Assembly (NCBI GenBank): GCA_016748015.1
Contig: JAAOMT010000599.1
Span: 520,589 to 584,588 of the forward strand
Length of the DNA: 64,000 nt
Source of the DNA: Geosiphon pyriformis uo1
Taxonomy: Eukaryota > Fungi > Glomeromycota
Direction: 5' to 3'
A program made the translations under genes and the position numbers. How positions within the stretch are numbered: the first letter of the stretch is position 1; the number at the start of each line of letters is the position of its first letter. The notes beneath the pieces are model-generated. The model searched no databases, was not told where the DNA came from, and worked only from the letters and a program-made list of their open reading frames with translations. Positions 34,400 to 52,739 of this stretch are shown here, one piece after another.

Positions 34400-36300
34400 A
34401 CTTTTAGATTTTTTAAATAACACAATTTATTATTCTTCTTTGTATAGTTTAAAACCTTTTAAACAAATACAAACTAAAAGCAAGTTGGTTTCTTGCACTG
34501 AATTTTTAAATATATATAATATTTTAAACTATTTATTTATTTATAAATTCCTTAACTTATAGGTTTTAAGCTGGTTTTTCTATTATTTTTTGTGCTATTC
34601 AGTCTATTTCAAAGTTATTTTATCAAACAACTTTTTGCTAGTGTGGTTTATATTTTCTGTAATTATATTTTGTCTTTAGCCAATTTTTTATATTTCATAT
34701 TTTACTTCTAAAATAAAATTCCAATATTATTAGTTTTAAATAAATCTATTTTTTTCAAGATGTTTTATTTACTTAAATAATTTAGTGTTGTTTTTGTTAA
34801 ACAGTTGTGTAATAAGAAGAGTGTTTTTAAGTAAAAAATTTTCAAATATTGGAAAAAATTAGACTTTTATGGTCTTGTTTTTGATTGGTTTAAATTTGCT
34901 ATTAAATTTTTAGATGTTTTGGCTTTCTGCTTTGTTATTTTGTTTTCTATTGTCAATTTTTAGTTTTTAGATATTTTTGTTTTATATGAATTTAATTTGA
35001 TTTGTAATTAATTGTTAAGCATTAATATAATCTGTTTTTTATTTATATTAATAATTTTTTAAACAATTTAAATATTGTTAATATAAAAATTAATGTCACA
35101 GTCTTTTTAAAGATATAAATTTGAATTTGGGTATTAAAGTTTTAAGATTGATTTTTTCTATTATAGTTAAATTATAAACTATTATATTTATTTTGCAATA
35201 TGTTTTTTTTTATATAATTAAGTTGTTTTTTGATAGTCAAGTAGCTTTGGATGTATATTGTTTAAAGTTGGCTTTGGTTTTTTTAAATTTTTATAATTAT
35301 TGTTGGATTAAGTATTAGCATATTGTAAATATTATTAAGAAAAAATTTAAGTATTAATTAATGTAAGATTAAAAACTATTTAAGTATTTTAAACAATAAA
35401 AAAGCCAATATTTTAGCTAGTGCTATCTTATTCTTAAATATAACATTTTTGGCCCACATATGAAAATATTTTGTTAAGACTAATAATAAAATTGTTTTAG
35501 GAAATACAAAGTATTTTATTTGTAAAGTTTTTTAAATAATCTATTGTATTCATTAAAAGATTAAATTTAAAACTTGTGTTTTAAAGAATAATTTATTTGA
35601 AGATATAAATTAGATCAGATTGTTGTTTGTGTGGTATTTTGATTCTTAAATATGAGTTAGATTTATAAACAAATTCACAGTTGAATTATGTTTTTATTTT
35701 ATAAAGACTTTATATTACAAACTATTTGTAATTGTTTATAAGTATTTGTATAATAAATATTATTGTAGTGTTTTATGTTTGTTTTTTTTGCAAATTAGAT
35801 GGTAAAGCTCACAAAAAACTGTTAAAAGTTTATGTAACCATCTAAAAAATGTTTTTTAATCTGTTTAAATTATTTTTATATGTTTTATAACTGCTTTTTT
35901 TATGCTTTTTTAATGTTACAATATACTTAATTTTGTGTAAGAAGTTTGTTTTTAAGAACTGGTTTTAGAAATCTTTTTTAATTTTTAAAAATGCTAAAAT
36001 TATTAGTTATAAAATTGTAAATTTTATATATAGTTTTGGGCTAACTTATAAAAATAATATCTAATTTATTTATACCAAACACTAGACTTTTATGAAAAAA
36101 GATGATCTAATTTTATGCAATAAAACTTTTTTTGTAAGTATTATCAATTTGTTATTTGTTTTGTTTAATTATATAATTAAATTACTTGGAATTGTTTAAG
36201 TTTTTGATGTTATTTTTGAAATGTATAAGTTGTGTTTATTTTTTTTAGATATTAAAAATATGGTTTTTATATGTATAAATGCATAATGTTGTCTTAACTG
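34400..36300 (+). mobile_element. Highly decayed non-LTR (LINE-like) 3' relic with an RNase H-like segment
   Basis: Residual translations FKYWKKLD..G.V.DWF (~34840), IYxxxxL (~35040, decayed YTDGSL) and KLFFDSQVALD (~35220, RNase H DSQ motif). Extremely AT-rich. Confidence 0.55.
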
Positions 36301-37072
36301 GCTTAAATAACTGGTTATATATAATCAAATATATAATTTATATCTAATTTAGATTACTTAGTTTGATGTATTATATTAAGCAATATTTAAATCTTACTCA
36401 TTAAACATAATAAAAAAAATTATTATTAATAATAATTATTGGATAAGTTAAAAATTTTTCAAAAATTTATTTTTGAAAAACCAATACACAAAATTTAATT
36501 AATATTAAAAACTATTTTTTGCTTTTTATAAAAATTTTAATTATTAAATTAATAGTTATAATACAGTTAATTAACAAAAATACACATAAAAACATTTTAA
36601 ACTTATTAAATATTAATATTTTTATAAATATATTTTATATATATAGATAATAGTCTAATTTCAAGTTGAAACTTTAAATTAAGTATACTTTTTATATTTT
36701 ATATATGCAATTAATTCTAAATTCCAACTATATTAACATATTTTATTATGCAAATTTTGTTTATAATAAATATATTCAGGTTTAAAAGCATTTTAGTTTT
36801 TGTTATCTATTTTTTGCTTATACTTTTTTAAATATATAGTACAAATTTTGAATCATTTTGAAATTGGGTCTTTTGGAATATTTATTTTAAGTATTAAAAA
36901 TAAATTATAAATAAATAATAATTGGATAATTAATGCTGGGTAACGATATAGATACATATAATTGTTTTAAACAAAAATATTTTTTCAATTTTTTAATGAT
37001 CTGTGACTCATGAAGAGCAAGTTTTCAATTGACGCGGAGGGGATTCTCGGTTTGGTAGTTGGATAAGTTGAC

Positions 37073-38030
37073 ATGTCCGTTAGTAAAGCACCAATTAGTC
37101 CTGATCCATACGAAGCAACGGATACTAAAAAATTTAAAAAATGGCGTCAGTCTCTGAAATACTTTACCGGTTTGGGACTCACGCCTGATGAAAAGGCGGA
37201 AATTGAAGCGGAGCGGGAAAAGGATTTGGAAAAAAGTCAGTGCATTCGCTGTGAAAAAGTTCGAGACACTTTAATGACAACAAGAAAGTACTTTATACCT
37301 TTTTTCTGAACTCCCTACTTGAGCGTTCTTAACAAAACAATTCATCCCTTGCATAATCCTTTCTATAAACTTCCTCTGAAACAGGTCCAATTGTGGTTTT
37401 CATGCTACAACGTTTAGAACAAGCTGGCTGTAAAATTGAAAGAAATCATTTTCGATGTTTGCCGTGTGATGCAACTCGTACCGGAGGTTTTTCCCCCGGG
37501 CACGGAATCCTGCTTTGTCAAAACAGGTTTTATGGGAAATCTCATCAACAAGATACAATGGTTCATGAAATGATTCATTTGTATGATCATTGTCGATTCA
37601 AAGTTGATTGGAATAATTGTTTGCATCACGCTTGTAGTGAAGTATGCTATTATTTTGCTAAAAATGAATTCACCATAGAGGATGTGTTCTTTAATTCACA
37701 AAAATATCGGTATCTGGTATTATACATTTAATGCTTTCACAAGGTTCGTGCTGCGAGTCTTAGCGGTGATTGCCGTTGGTTACGAGAAATACAGAGAGGA
37801 CATTTTACTAATTTCGGCAAGCAACATCAAGTAAAGATTTGCGATCAAGTACTTTTTTAACTTTTCAAAAGCTAATTATTTCAAATTAATAGAATTGTGT
37901 CAGACGACGTGCTGTTTTATCCGTTAGTCAAAACGCCTCATGCTCCGCTCCCGGCGTAGCAGCAAAAGCGGTCGGACAGGTTTTTGAGAGTTGCTTCAAA
38001 GATACGCGTCCCTTTGACGAAATCTATTAA
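37073..38030 (+). CDS. ATP23: Mitochondrial inner membrane protease Atp23 (peptidase M76); exons 37073-37283, 37385-37641, 37744-37830, 37893-38030
   Basis: SP.VVFML, GGFSP..GILLCQN, HEMIH (HExxH), HACSEVRAASLSGDC, CVRRRAVLSV and C-terminal DTRPFDEIY*. Confidence 0.95.
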
Positions 38031-38255
38031 TAATCGGAAATAAAGTGGATGCTTTCTCCTATAAAACCAACCTTAATGTTCCGAGAAATCTTTGCGGCTC
38101 GAGATGAATCACGCGAAGGTAGTGTAAAGCTCAAGTGCTTCAGTTTATCAATCCCGATGCGATTTTATTTAAATACAAACCAGATTTTTGGGCCTTTTTC
38201 GATTTTTACAAGTCTAATTGCCCCATTTACATTTCTAACGTGTTTTTAAAAGTTG

Positions 38256-44854
<6,599 letters not shown>

Positions 44855-45155
44855 GCGATTATCCGTGTCTTTTAAGCTATTATATCTAGAAAATCGGACC
44901 CTTTTTAAGATCTACGCTTGTGAGACAAATGTCTATTATGCATTGTGCAATAAAAAAGGAACCGAGCAACATGCATAATTTTAAATGTATAAAATTATAA
45001 AATAAAACTTGATGATGATCAATATATTTACAATCAAAGCCTTTTGTATTACCAGCTCGTGACAGAATAAATTGTGTAACTTCTATGATCTACGATAGAT
45101 AAAGTAAGCGCCAGGTTCCAAGAACAATAACCAACATGTTAAGATATTTTGAAAA

Positions 45156-46208
45156 ATGGCCGCCCAAAGCCCCCAACAAAATAAAATTTCCCCATTTCTG
45201 TCATTTTTGACAATAGAATCAAAATTACAATATGAGTCGGCGTATGCGTTTGAAACGCACTTTACCTCTATTGCGAAATTACTCCTAAAAAGCACAAGAC
45301 TCAACGTGAAAAATGAAAAATATGCCTTGATTGAGATTGAGTTCTATCTTAAAGACCAAATCAATCAACACTCTGACCCTTTTACTCATGGACATCGAGA
45401 ACAATCAAGCTGTAACAATTTTTATTTCCATCGTATTGGTTCTACTGGATACAAAGGAGGTTCAAGAAAAGGTCTTGATATTACCTTTGGGGATTCTTCG
45501 AAACAAATTTATGGTGGAATATTGATAAGAGCAATTCAAAATATGGACACTCGGGAAATAATTGAAGGACCAAGTTTAATTGTTGATAAGATTTTGGAGT
45601 TATGTCAAGTTGATCAAAAATCAGGCATTCGTAAATTGGTTGAGGATGTTTGGAAAGGAAAAACTGGTGCTTTTAAGGAAATGGAGAACTCGAATGGATT
45701 AGTTTATTTGGAGGAAATAAAGACGCCGTTGGTTATAAATGAAACTAAAGTTCCTGAAGAAAGGCTCAAAAAGCGTATCAAGCTCGATGATCATGGTGAA
45801 ACCTCTTCTAATTTGGAGATCAAAGGATTTAATATAGAATCACATGAAATCTTTACATCACCTCGCGTCGGTCTAACTTTGTCTAATTCTTTGCCATCAG
45901 TTGAGTCGCGTCTCACTTTTTTGCTCAAACCTTACCGTTACTTTACTTGCCCACATATTTTAAAAAAGGGCAAGGTCCAGATCGGTATTGGTTTATATGA
46001 TCATTTTAAGGATATCCAAAAAGTAGCTCAAATTTCTGGAATCAAAGAATCTCTCATCAGCAAGTATGTTTCAGAGATCGACAATGGCTTCAAATTTGGG
46101 AAGATTGACGAGTTTGTTGGGCAAAAGGGAAAGGGGGTGAATCTGCTTGACTACTGTCGAATGGTTGGTGCTGTGCGACAGTGGTTAGCTCAAAATAATA
46201 AAGGATGA
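45156..46208 (+). CDS. Intronless 350-aa protein, distant 3-methyladenine DNA glycosylase (AAG/MPG)-like
   Basis: Clean ORF with retained CpGs. Motifs EIEFY, H.DPF.H, YFH, GGILIR, EGP, PRVGL and PYRY occur in the same order as the AAG-family ETEAY/VLIR/GP/PRIG/RF motifs. Confidence 0.7.
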   Translation: MAAQSPQQNKISPFLSFLTIESKLQYESAYAFETHFTSIAKLLLKSTRLNVKNEKYALIEIEFYLKDQINQHSDPFTHGHREQSSCNNFYFHRIGSTGYKGGSRKGLDITFGDSSKQIYGGILIRAIQNMDTREIIEGPSLIVDKILELCQVDQKSGIRKLVEDVWKGKTGAFKEMENSNGLVYLEEIKTPLVINETKVPEERLKKRIKLDDHGETSSNLEIKGFNIESHEIFTSPRVGLTLSNSLPSVESRLTFLLKPYRYFTCPHILKKGKVQIGIGLYDHFKDIQKVAQISGIKESLISKYVSEIDNGFKFGKIDEFVGQKGKGVNLLDYCRMVGAVRQWLAQNNKG

Positions 46209-48042
46209 ATGATTAGAAGAAAATTAGGGTTTAAATAATCATAGGCGTAAAGTGAATATGAAATCACATGACTGCGTTGAAAATTTTTTTTCAACAATCA
46301 ACGCGTCTTTTGTTCTTTTGCATCAAAAATAGATTTAAAAGCTCTCGCTTACTCCACCCGACGAGCGGAGCTTAATGTGAATGTTGACAAAATTCCTTCT
46401 GCGGTTTGGGGTTCCTGCGACTAGGGGAAAGGTTTTCATAATTTACCCTTGACGAACTGCGCGTTCATCGTGGTCTGCTGGCTCCAATAGTTTGGAGTCC
46501 AAGACCTTTCATAACCAAGGAAGGATTTTTTCGTTACAACCTTTTGGTTGTGGCCTGCAGCTACAGCGTCAGCTCGTGCCACTTTTTATAAAGCAACGTC
46601 CATTCGTTTTGGTCTTATTTTATTTCCCCCTTTTGCAAATTGCTATTTTCGCAAGCAAAAATACGGATTCGAAACGTTCTAAGATAGAGGCGCAACAGTA
46701 GCTTTATATTCAAATACAAACAGAGGAGAAGGAGACGAGGCTGTCGGGTCAGATTTTTGACGCAAAGGGTTTAAAACGATCAACGTTGAGGATTAAAAGT
46801 CCGCCCGATTTCGATCTAAAAAAAGGTTGTCCAAATATTAAGGTGCAATAATTGTTTAATTTGACAAATATTTTGCCAGTTTTTTCTCTTTGACGTAGAT
46901 AAAAATCGCGAGCTTTGCAAACGAAGATAAAATAAATTATGGAAGATTTTACTGGAAATCCAATATCATTCAAGCGTATTTGAGATCAAAGCTATTCGAG
47001 ATAACGAAAAGGCTGCTCTGACTAAATAAGCTTTTAGCATCATTTCTGATTTTATATACTGATATTGTCTATTTATGCTGTTGTACCCCACTCGGGTGGA
47101 TTTATGGAGGAGAAAGCCCACCAGTTTCTTCCAACAAAAGAAATCGAGAGGCTTCTTTAAATGGCGGTCGGCATCATCTAAAGGGAATCTGACCTAAATG
47201 CTTTTATAAAGACGTTATTGCCGAGTGATCTCAGCCTTCAGAAGTTAGGGCAAGAAGCGCAATCGTTCTCAATCTCTGGGGTTTTGTAGCCTTTCCCAAA
47301 AAGGGGTCGATTCTTCAACGATATCTTCCATTAGAATAATTTTCACTAAAATCAACTTCATTTTGATTAAAATAAACATTAAAATTTGCAGATAGTTGAT
47401 TAGCTACCAACTTTTATAAAATTAATAAAAACATTTTAATTTTTAAAAATTCATCTTAGGTTGAAGATTCAATTAGTAACACAGAAATTAAATTGAATTG
47501 AAAATATTTTTTGCAATTAAAAAATTTTATTACAAACTTAAAATTGAAAAAATAATTCCAATAACAAATATTCTCAAAGATCAAAATATATCAAGTGATT
47601 GGGCTTCACTCGTTAAACTAATATATCAAAATAATAAAATTTGAAAAAAGTTTAAATATAAAATTACATAAAATATTGAATTGAGAATATGAATTTTGTT
47701 TTTAATTTAGCTATATTATTTTATACTAACAAAATAAATTTTAAATTTTAAACTTGAATATTACAAATTAAAATAATAAACTTTTATTAACAATTTTAAT
47801 CAAAAATTTAAAAGTTTTTACTTTAGTAAGATTATAAAAATTTAATAAAATTTACCAATTTTATTATTTTAAATTTTAAATTTAAAAGCTTTTTTTATTT
47901 TTAATTAAATTAAGTTTTATTATATAAATATATAAATTTATTAATTTTTTGTTTATATATTTTGCATATTATATTATAGTATTTTAATTTATTTAATAAA
48001 TAAGACTTAATTACTATTTTATATAATACAACAAATTAAAGC

Positions 48043-51000
48043 ATGAAATATAATCTGGCTGCTGCTTTAAGTAGTGCTATGTCTAAGAAAAAAACACCTA
48101 AAAGAGTCCTTTATGGTCTTGTTAAAAGTTTTTTCTTTCAAAAAAAAAAAGTTTCAGTTGGTAATATTAAGCATTTTGAAGACAAAAAAGATATTTTTTT
48201 AGTCAAACTTAGTCCTAATAGTGGTGTTTTTTTAGATATAAATAGTGTATTCAGTAATAGTAAAGATAATGATGTTTTATTTAGTGTTGGCAATAATTTT
48301 CTTCTCAGTTTAATAACAAACATCTTTAAAGCTAAAAAAATTAATACTGGTCTGGTTTGTGGCTTTTTTTTTGGCTTAATTAATTATAGTATAGATGAAG
48401 ATAATAGATCTTTTTTTCTTTTTCTTAACATATTTTTTGACAAAAAGTGGATTGACCCAAAGTTATTAAAACTTAAGTTGAAGTGTTCATTAAAAAATTT
48501 TTTGTTTTTAATATTAATCTTAGTACTATGGAAAAAAAATCTGTTATGGTAAAAACTCAAGCTGTTAGAAAATTATTCTCATCAATCAATGATTTTGAGA
48601 AGACTACTATCTTTTCAAAATTTGAAGAGATCATTCAATCTATCTTTACTTCAGAGAAAAACATGGAAATGACTATTTTATTGGTCAGGAAAAAGGGGAT
48701 TAACATAAACAGCAATCTTAAGAGACAAAAAATGAAATTAAATCAAACTGTAGTAATCAAAAAAATTCCCATAAACATGTCTAAAGATATAATTGTTGCT
48801 GCAGTATCTGAATTTAGGAAGATTAAATTAATTAAAATTCAATTGATTAGAATGTGACAGAAGATTATAATAGAGTTTGCCAAATTGGATCAAGCTAATC
48901 AGTTGGCCTCAAAATAATCATTTCTAATTAGAAAAGATTCTGTGCATGTAGTTAAAACTGTAGTAGATCATAAGATTTGGGTGTTTAAAGATCAGTTTAA
49001 AGTGCTTCTGTTTATTTTGTTAGTAAAAACAACAGCACATAATCTTGGAACTCTTTTAAAAAAGACTAGTAAGAAAACTTGTGTCCTAAATAAATCTATA
49101 GAAACTGGTGATAAAATTTGCTGTATTATAGTTGGCTTTAACTTTAATGAAAATTTGGAATATGTTTTTTGCATGGAGCCAATCTTCAATAAAATAAGAC
49201 TTTTTTAAACTAGAATAAATTCAGTTTATTGTAAAAAGTGTGGGTGTTTTGGATATTTAGTTTTTGAATATAATGTATTAGATATATTTGTGCTGCTATT
49301 ATCAAAGAAATTTTATAAAAAAGTTGTTTTTAAGAAAGTTTGCCTTTAGCTTACCAAGTTGTATAAGAAAAAAAGTGTTTTAATCTTTTGTTTTACTGCC
49401 TTTGATGGCAAATCTTGGGCCCAAGTAGTCTTATTTGTTGGTTTTTCTGGTAATATTCATTTTAATTCTGGTCTTGATGTTTCTTCTTTTGGTGTCTCAA
49501 GTTTAGGTGATACTCTTTCTCCCATTTCTGCTGATAATTTATTCTTGAATGCTCATTTGGTCTCTTTGGAACACTTCTTAAAATTTTTAATGAATCAAGT
49601 TTCTGGTATTGTGCCAAGCTTAACAATTTAGAATTGGTATCTCTGGTTTTCCTTTCTTCTTCCAATGTATTGACTATTCCAATGGCTGCCAATTTAGATT
49701 TGGGTTTGATTATGATTGTGGATGACCCTATGCTAGTGTCTTTGTCTTCTTTCTTCATTGTTTCTGATGTCTCAGTTCTAGGTTCAAGCAGTTCAAAAGT
49801 GCTGACTATTAAAATAGACTGTTTAGAGTTTAAGTTAGTGGCTTTCAAGATCTCTGTTGGTTTGGTTTTGATGAAGTTAGATCAGTTGTGTGCTAAAGTG
49901 GGTTCTTAGGTGTCTTTTTCTTTTCAATGAGTGATTTGGTTTGGAAAATTGGTACATGTAATGTTCATGGCATCAATATACTAGCTAAGCAGAAAGATAT
50001 TATGTATTAGTACATAGACTCTGATAATATAATTTCAATAATCACAGAAACAAAATTGAGATTTAGTATTAAGTCATGGATTATAAACAAGTTTAATAAT
50101 GTGTAAATGTTTACATCTGGTTTAGATAAAAGTTTTCTTAATGCTAAAGTGGTGATTATCATAAATAATTTTCTGGTTCAACATGTTTTCAAAGTTGAAA
50201 AGGTGCTTATTCATATTATTTTAGTTTGGTTTCTTTTCAAGAACAAGCTTTTGATCACAATTTTAGGTTTGTATGCTGGTGCTTTTGCTAAAACTAGGTT
50301 TGATCAGGCAGTTGAGATTAATTTTTTTATTGTTAGGACAGTTAACACCAGTACTTTTATAGTCTTGAGTGGAGATTTTAATAAAAATAGTTCTAAAAAG
50401 AGTGCAAGTTTTCGATTTTGTTTAGATCTGAATTTGGTCAATTCATTTAAAGGCCATTATTTGGCCAAAACTTTCATGTGAAACAATTCAAGAGGAATTA
50501 AGAAGGTTATTGATTACATTTTTTTTAGTAAGTGTCTATTGTTAGCAATTACTAGTCATAAAATTGTTTCTGTTTCTGATTTCTTTGATACTGATCACAA
50601 AGCTGTCATGATATTGGTTGGTCTGGATAGACTTGAATTTTTATTTGAATAGTTTGTGCAAACAAGCTAATAGAAATTATTGAAAATTTAATATTGCTGA
50701 TATGAATGCTTCTAAATAGGTTTATTTCAAAAAGTGTGTTTCTGTCAAGTTTTTTTCTGTAGTTGGTAAGTTCTTATTTACAAGTGCTAGTGAAAATCTT
50801 AATACAATATGAAATTTGTTGAAAAAAATGATAATAGATTTGGCTAATAGTGTTTTTTCTAAACATTGGTTTCACAATATTAAATATTTTTTTAACAGAC
50901 AATCTTCTAAGTTTTTCAAACTGGAACTGCTGGTTGTTAAAGTGGTTAAGTTTCTTCAATCTGGTGATTTTTCTAGAACTGACTCACTTCTTAGTGTTTG

Positions 51001-51153
51001 GTTAATTGCTAATAAAATTAAGGCTCTTAAGATTTAAGACATATTAAATAATAACACTAGCAATATAAACATTTTTAATTACTTGTCTAGAATTAGAAAA
51101 AGTTATTATTGTTCTAAGATACTAAAACTGTTGAGTCTGCTGTTATTAGGTGT
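48043..51153 (+). mobile_element. Degenerate LINE-like retrotransposon: ORF1 (RRM-like plus decayed CCHC knuckle) and ORF2 APE endonuclease, interrupted by E5
   Basis: ORF2 at 49927 reads MSDLVWKIGTCNVHGIN, then IITETKL, GLYA, LSGDFN, IDYIF and DTDHKAV (EEP motifs). ORF1 has CKKCG..G at ~49230. Confidence 0.85.
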
Positions 51154-52008
51154 TGTTACAGGTGATTATTTGGAATCTCAAATCAAATAACAAACTTGTA
51201 ACTTGGTGCTTAATGGATATGTTGGCATTAGTATTTGAAAGTCTTATAGATTTGAAGGTTTTGTTGTAGAGTCCTTTATATAATGAACAGAGATTCAATT
51301 GTTGTCTTTCCAGTAGCCTTCCAAAATCACAATTCCATTAAATTTTTTTCTTAGTGTGGTGGCTGGTAATTTGACAAAGATGCCTTTCTGGTAAGTTATC
51401 TTTAAACTCTCAATTTTTATATCCTTCTTTTAGGGTCTTTTACCAAGCTATTTTTGACATTAATAACTCAGTGCTTAATCTTTAATTAATTAGTAAAAAT
51501 AAAAAAATAACAAAATAAAAATAAATAAATGAGAAAGTAAGCCAAGGCAATAAATATTAGTATCCCATCAATAGCTATAATCAAGAGCTATTGTTCCAAT
51601 GAGGTCAAGTATCAATTACTATCAACATAAAGTGTTGATAGTGAAGAGTGAATTAAGATAGTGAATATTTATTTATTGATATTTGTGAATGAAAAGTTGC
51701 TTAAATCAAATCTAAACTTAAGAGGTCTGTCTTTTTTACTTCTAATGCTACTGCTATATATACATAATTAAGATTCCTTAATTCCTCAATTTTTTACATC
51801 AAGAATTCTGGAATTCCTGGAATCCTGCAATTCCTTTTGAGAAAAATTCTGGAATTCTGGAATCCTGTGATTTCTTGTATGAGAATCCTGAAATTTCTGG
51901 AATCCTGCAATTCTTCTTGAGAGGAATTCTGGAATTCCACATTTACTATGGCTACTTCTGATTGGTTAATTTATATGCTAATATACTTCCTATATTCTAT
52001 GAGTAACA
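51154..52008 (-). repeat. 3' LTR of E5 (855 bp)
   Basis: tgttaca...gtaaca; homologous to the E3 and E4 LTRs. Confidence 0.92.
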
Positions 52009-52022
52009 TTATTCTCTTCTTT

Positions 52023-52704
52023 TTAATATTGAGCTTCATTAAGATCTCCCAAATCTTTTAATTCTAATTCTCTTTCTTCAAGTATTTCTTAAACTTCTTT
52101 TTCGAGAATTACTTAAGTTATTTTGTTCTGTAATTTTTTAAATTGGGTGTTAGTTATCTTTCTTATTTGGTTAATTGTGATGGAGTTTATTTCCAGATTA
52201 AGTAAAATTTCTGGTCTGTCTTGGAATTCAGCATGCAATCAATAGATGGCTCTTGTTTGTGTTATTAGATTGTTTTTTTCTACAAATTGTTTTAGTTGTT
52301 GCAGTATTGTTGTATTAAATAATCATTTTGTTTTATCTGTGTATAAGTTCTGAATATTCAAGTGTTATCCCAAGTGGAAATAATAAAAGTTTCTTAGAAA
52401 CTCATGTATTCACTATTTTCAAGTTTCTTTGGTTAAGTCCTAATATATGGTGATATTTGTTGGTTCTTTCATTGCTAATTTTATTTTCAGAACTATTTTG
52501 TCAATAGTGTTTTCTGTTTTTCTTTGACTTTTGTATTTGGGTATTTTTCTGGTATCTTGGTATCAAATGGTTTGTTGATTGATAGTAATTTCTATATTCT
52601 GTTGTTGAATTAGTTGAAAAAGTTGTTGTGCTAGTGAGTGAATATTATCAGTGATTTCCATTTTTCTAAAGTCTTTTGTCGTGTTTCCTATTCGTGTTTC
52701 CTAT
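52023..52704 (-). pseudogene. E5 third ORF (env position), degenerate
   Basis: MEITDNIHSLAQQLFQLIQ...YFHLG...NNLI..TRAIY..HAEFQDRPEILL, homologous to E3/E4 ORF3. Confidence 0.72.
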
Positions 52705-52739
52705 GTCTTTATATACTCTTTTTTTTTTTTTATTGTTTG

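Noticed and set aside
36300-37000. Near-pure AT tract as a centromere or origin (also 47400-48040)
   Set aside because: No diagnostic repeat; more simply explained as terminally decayed repeat or intergenic DNA.
46222-46232. TTAGGG as a telomere relic or telomerase RNA template
   Set aside because: Single copy with no array and no supporting structure.
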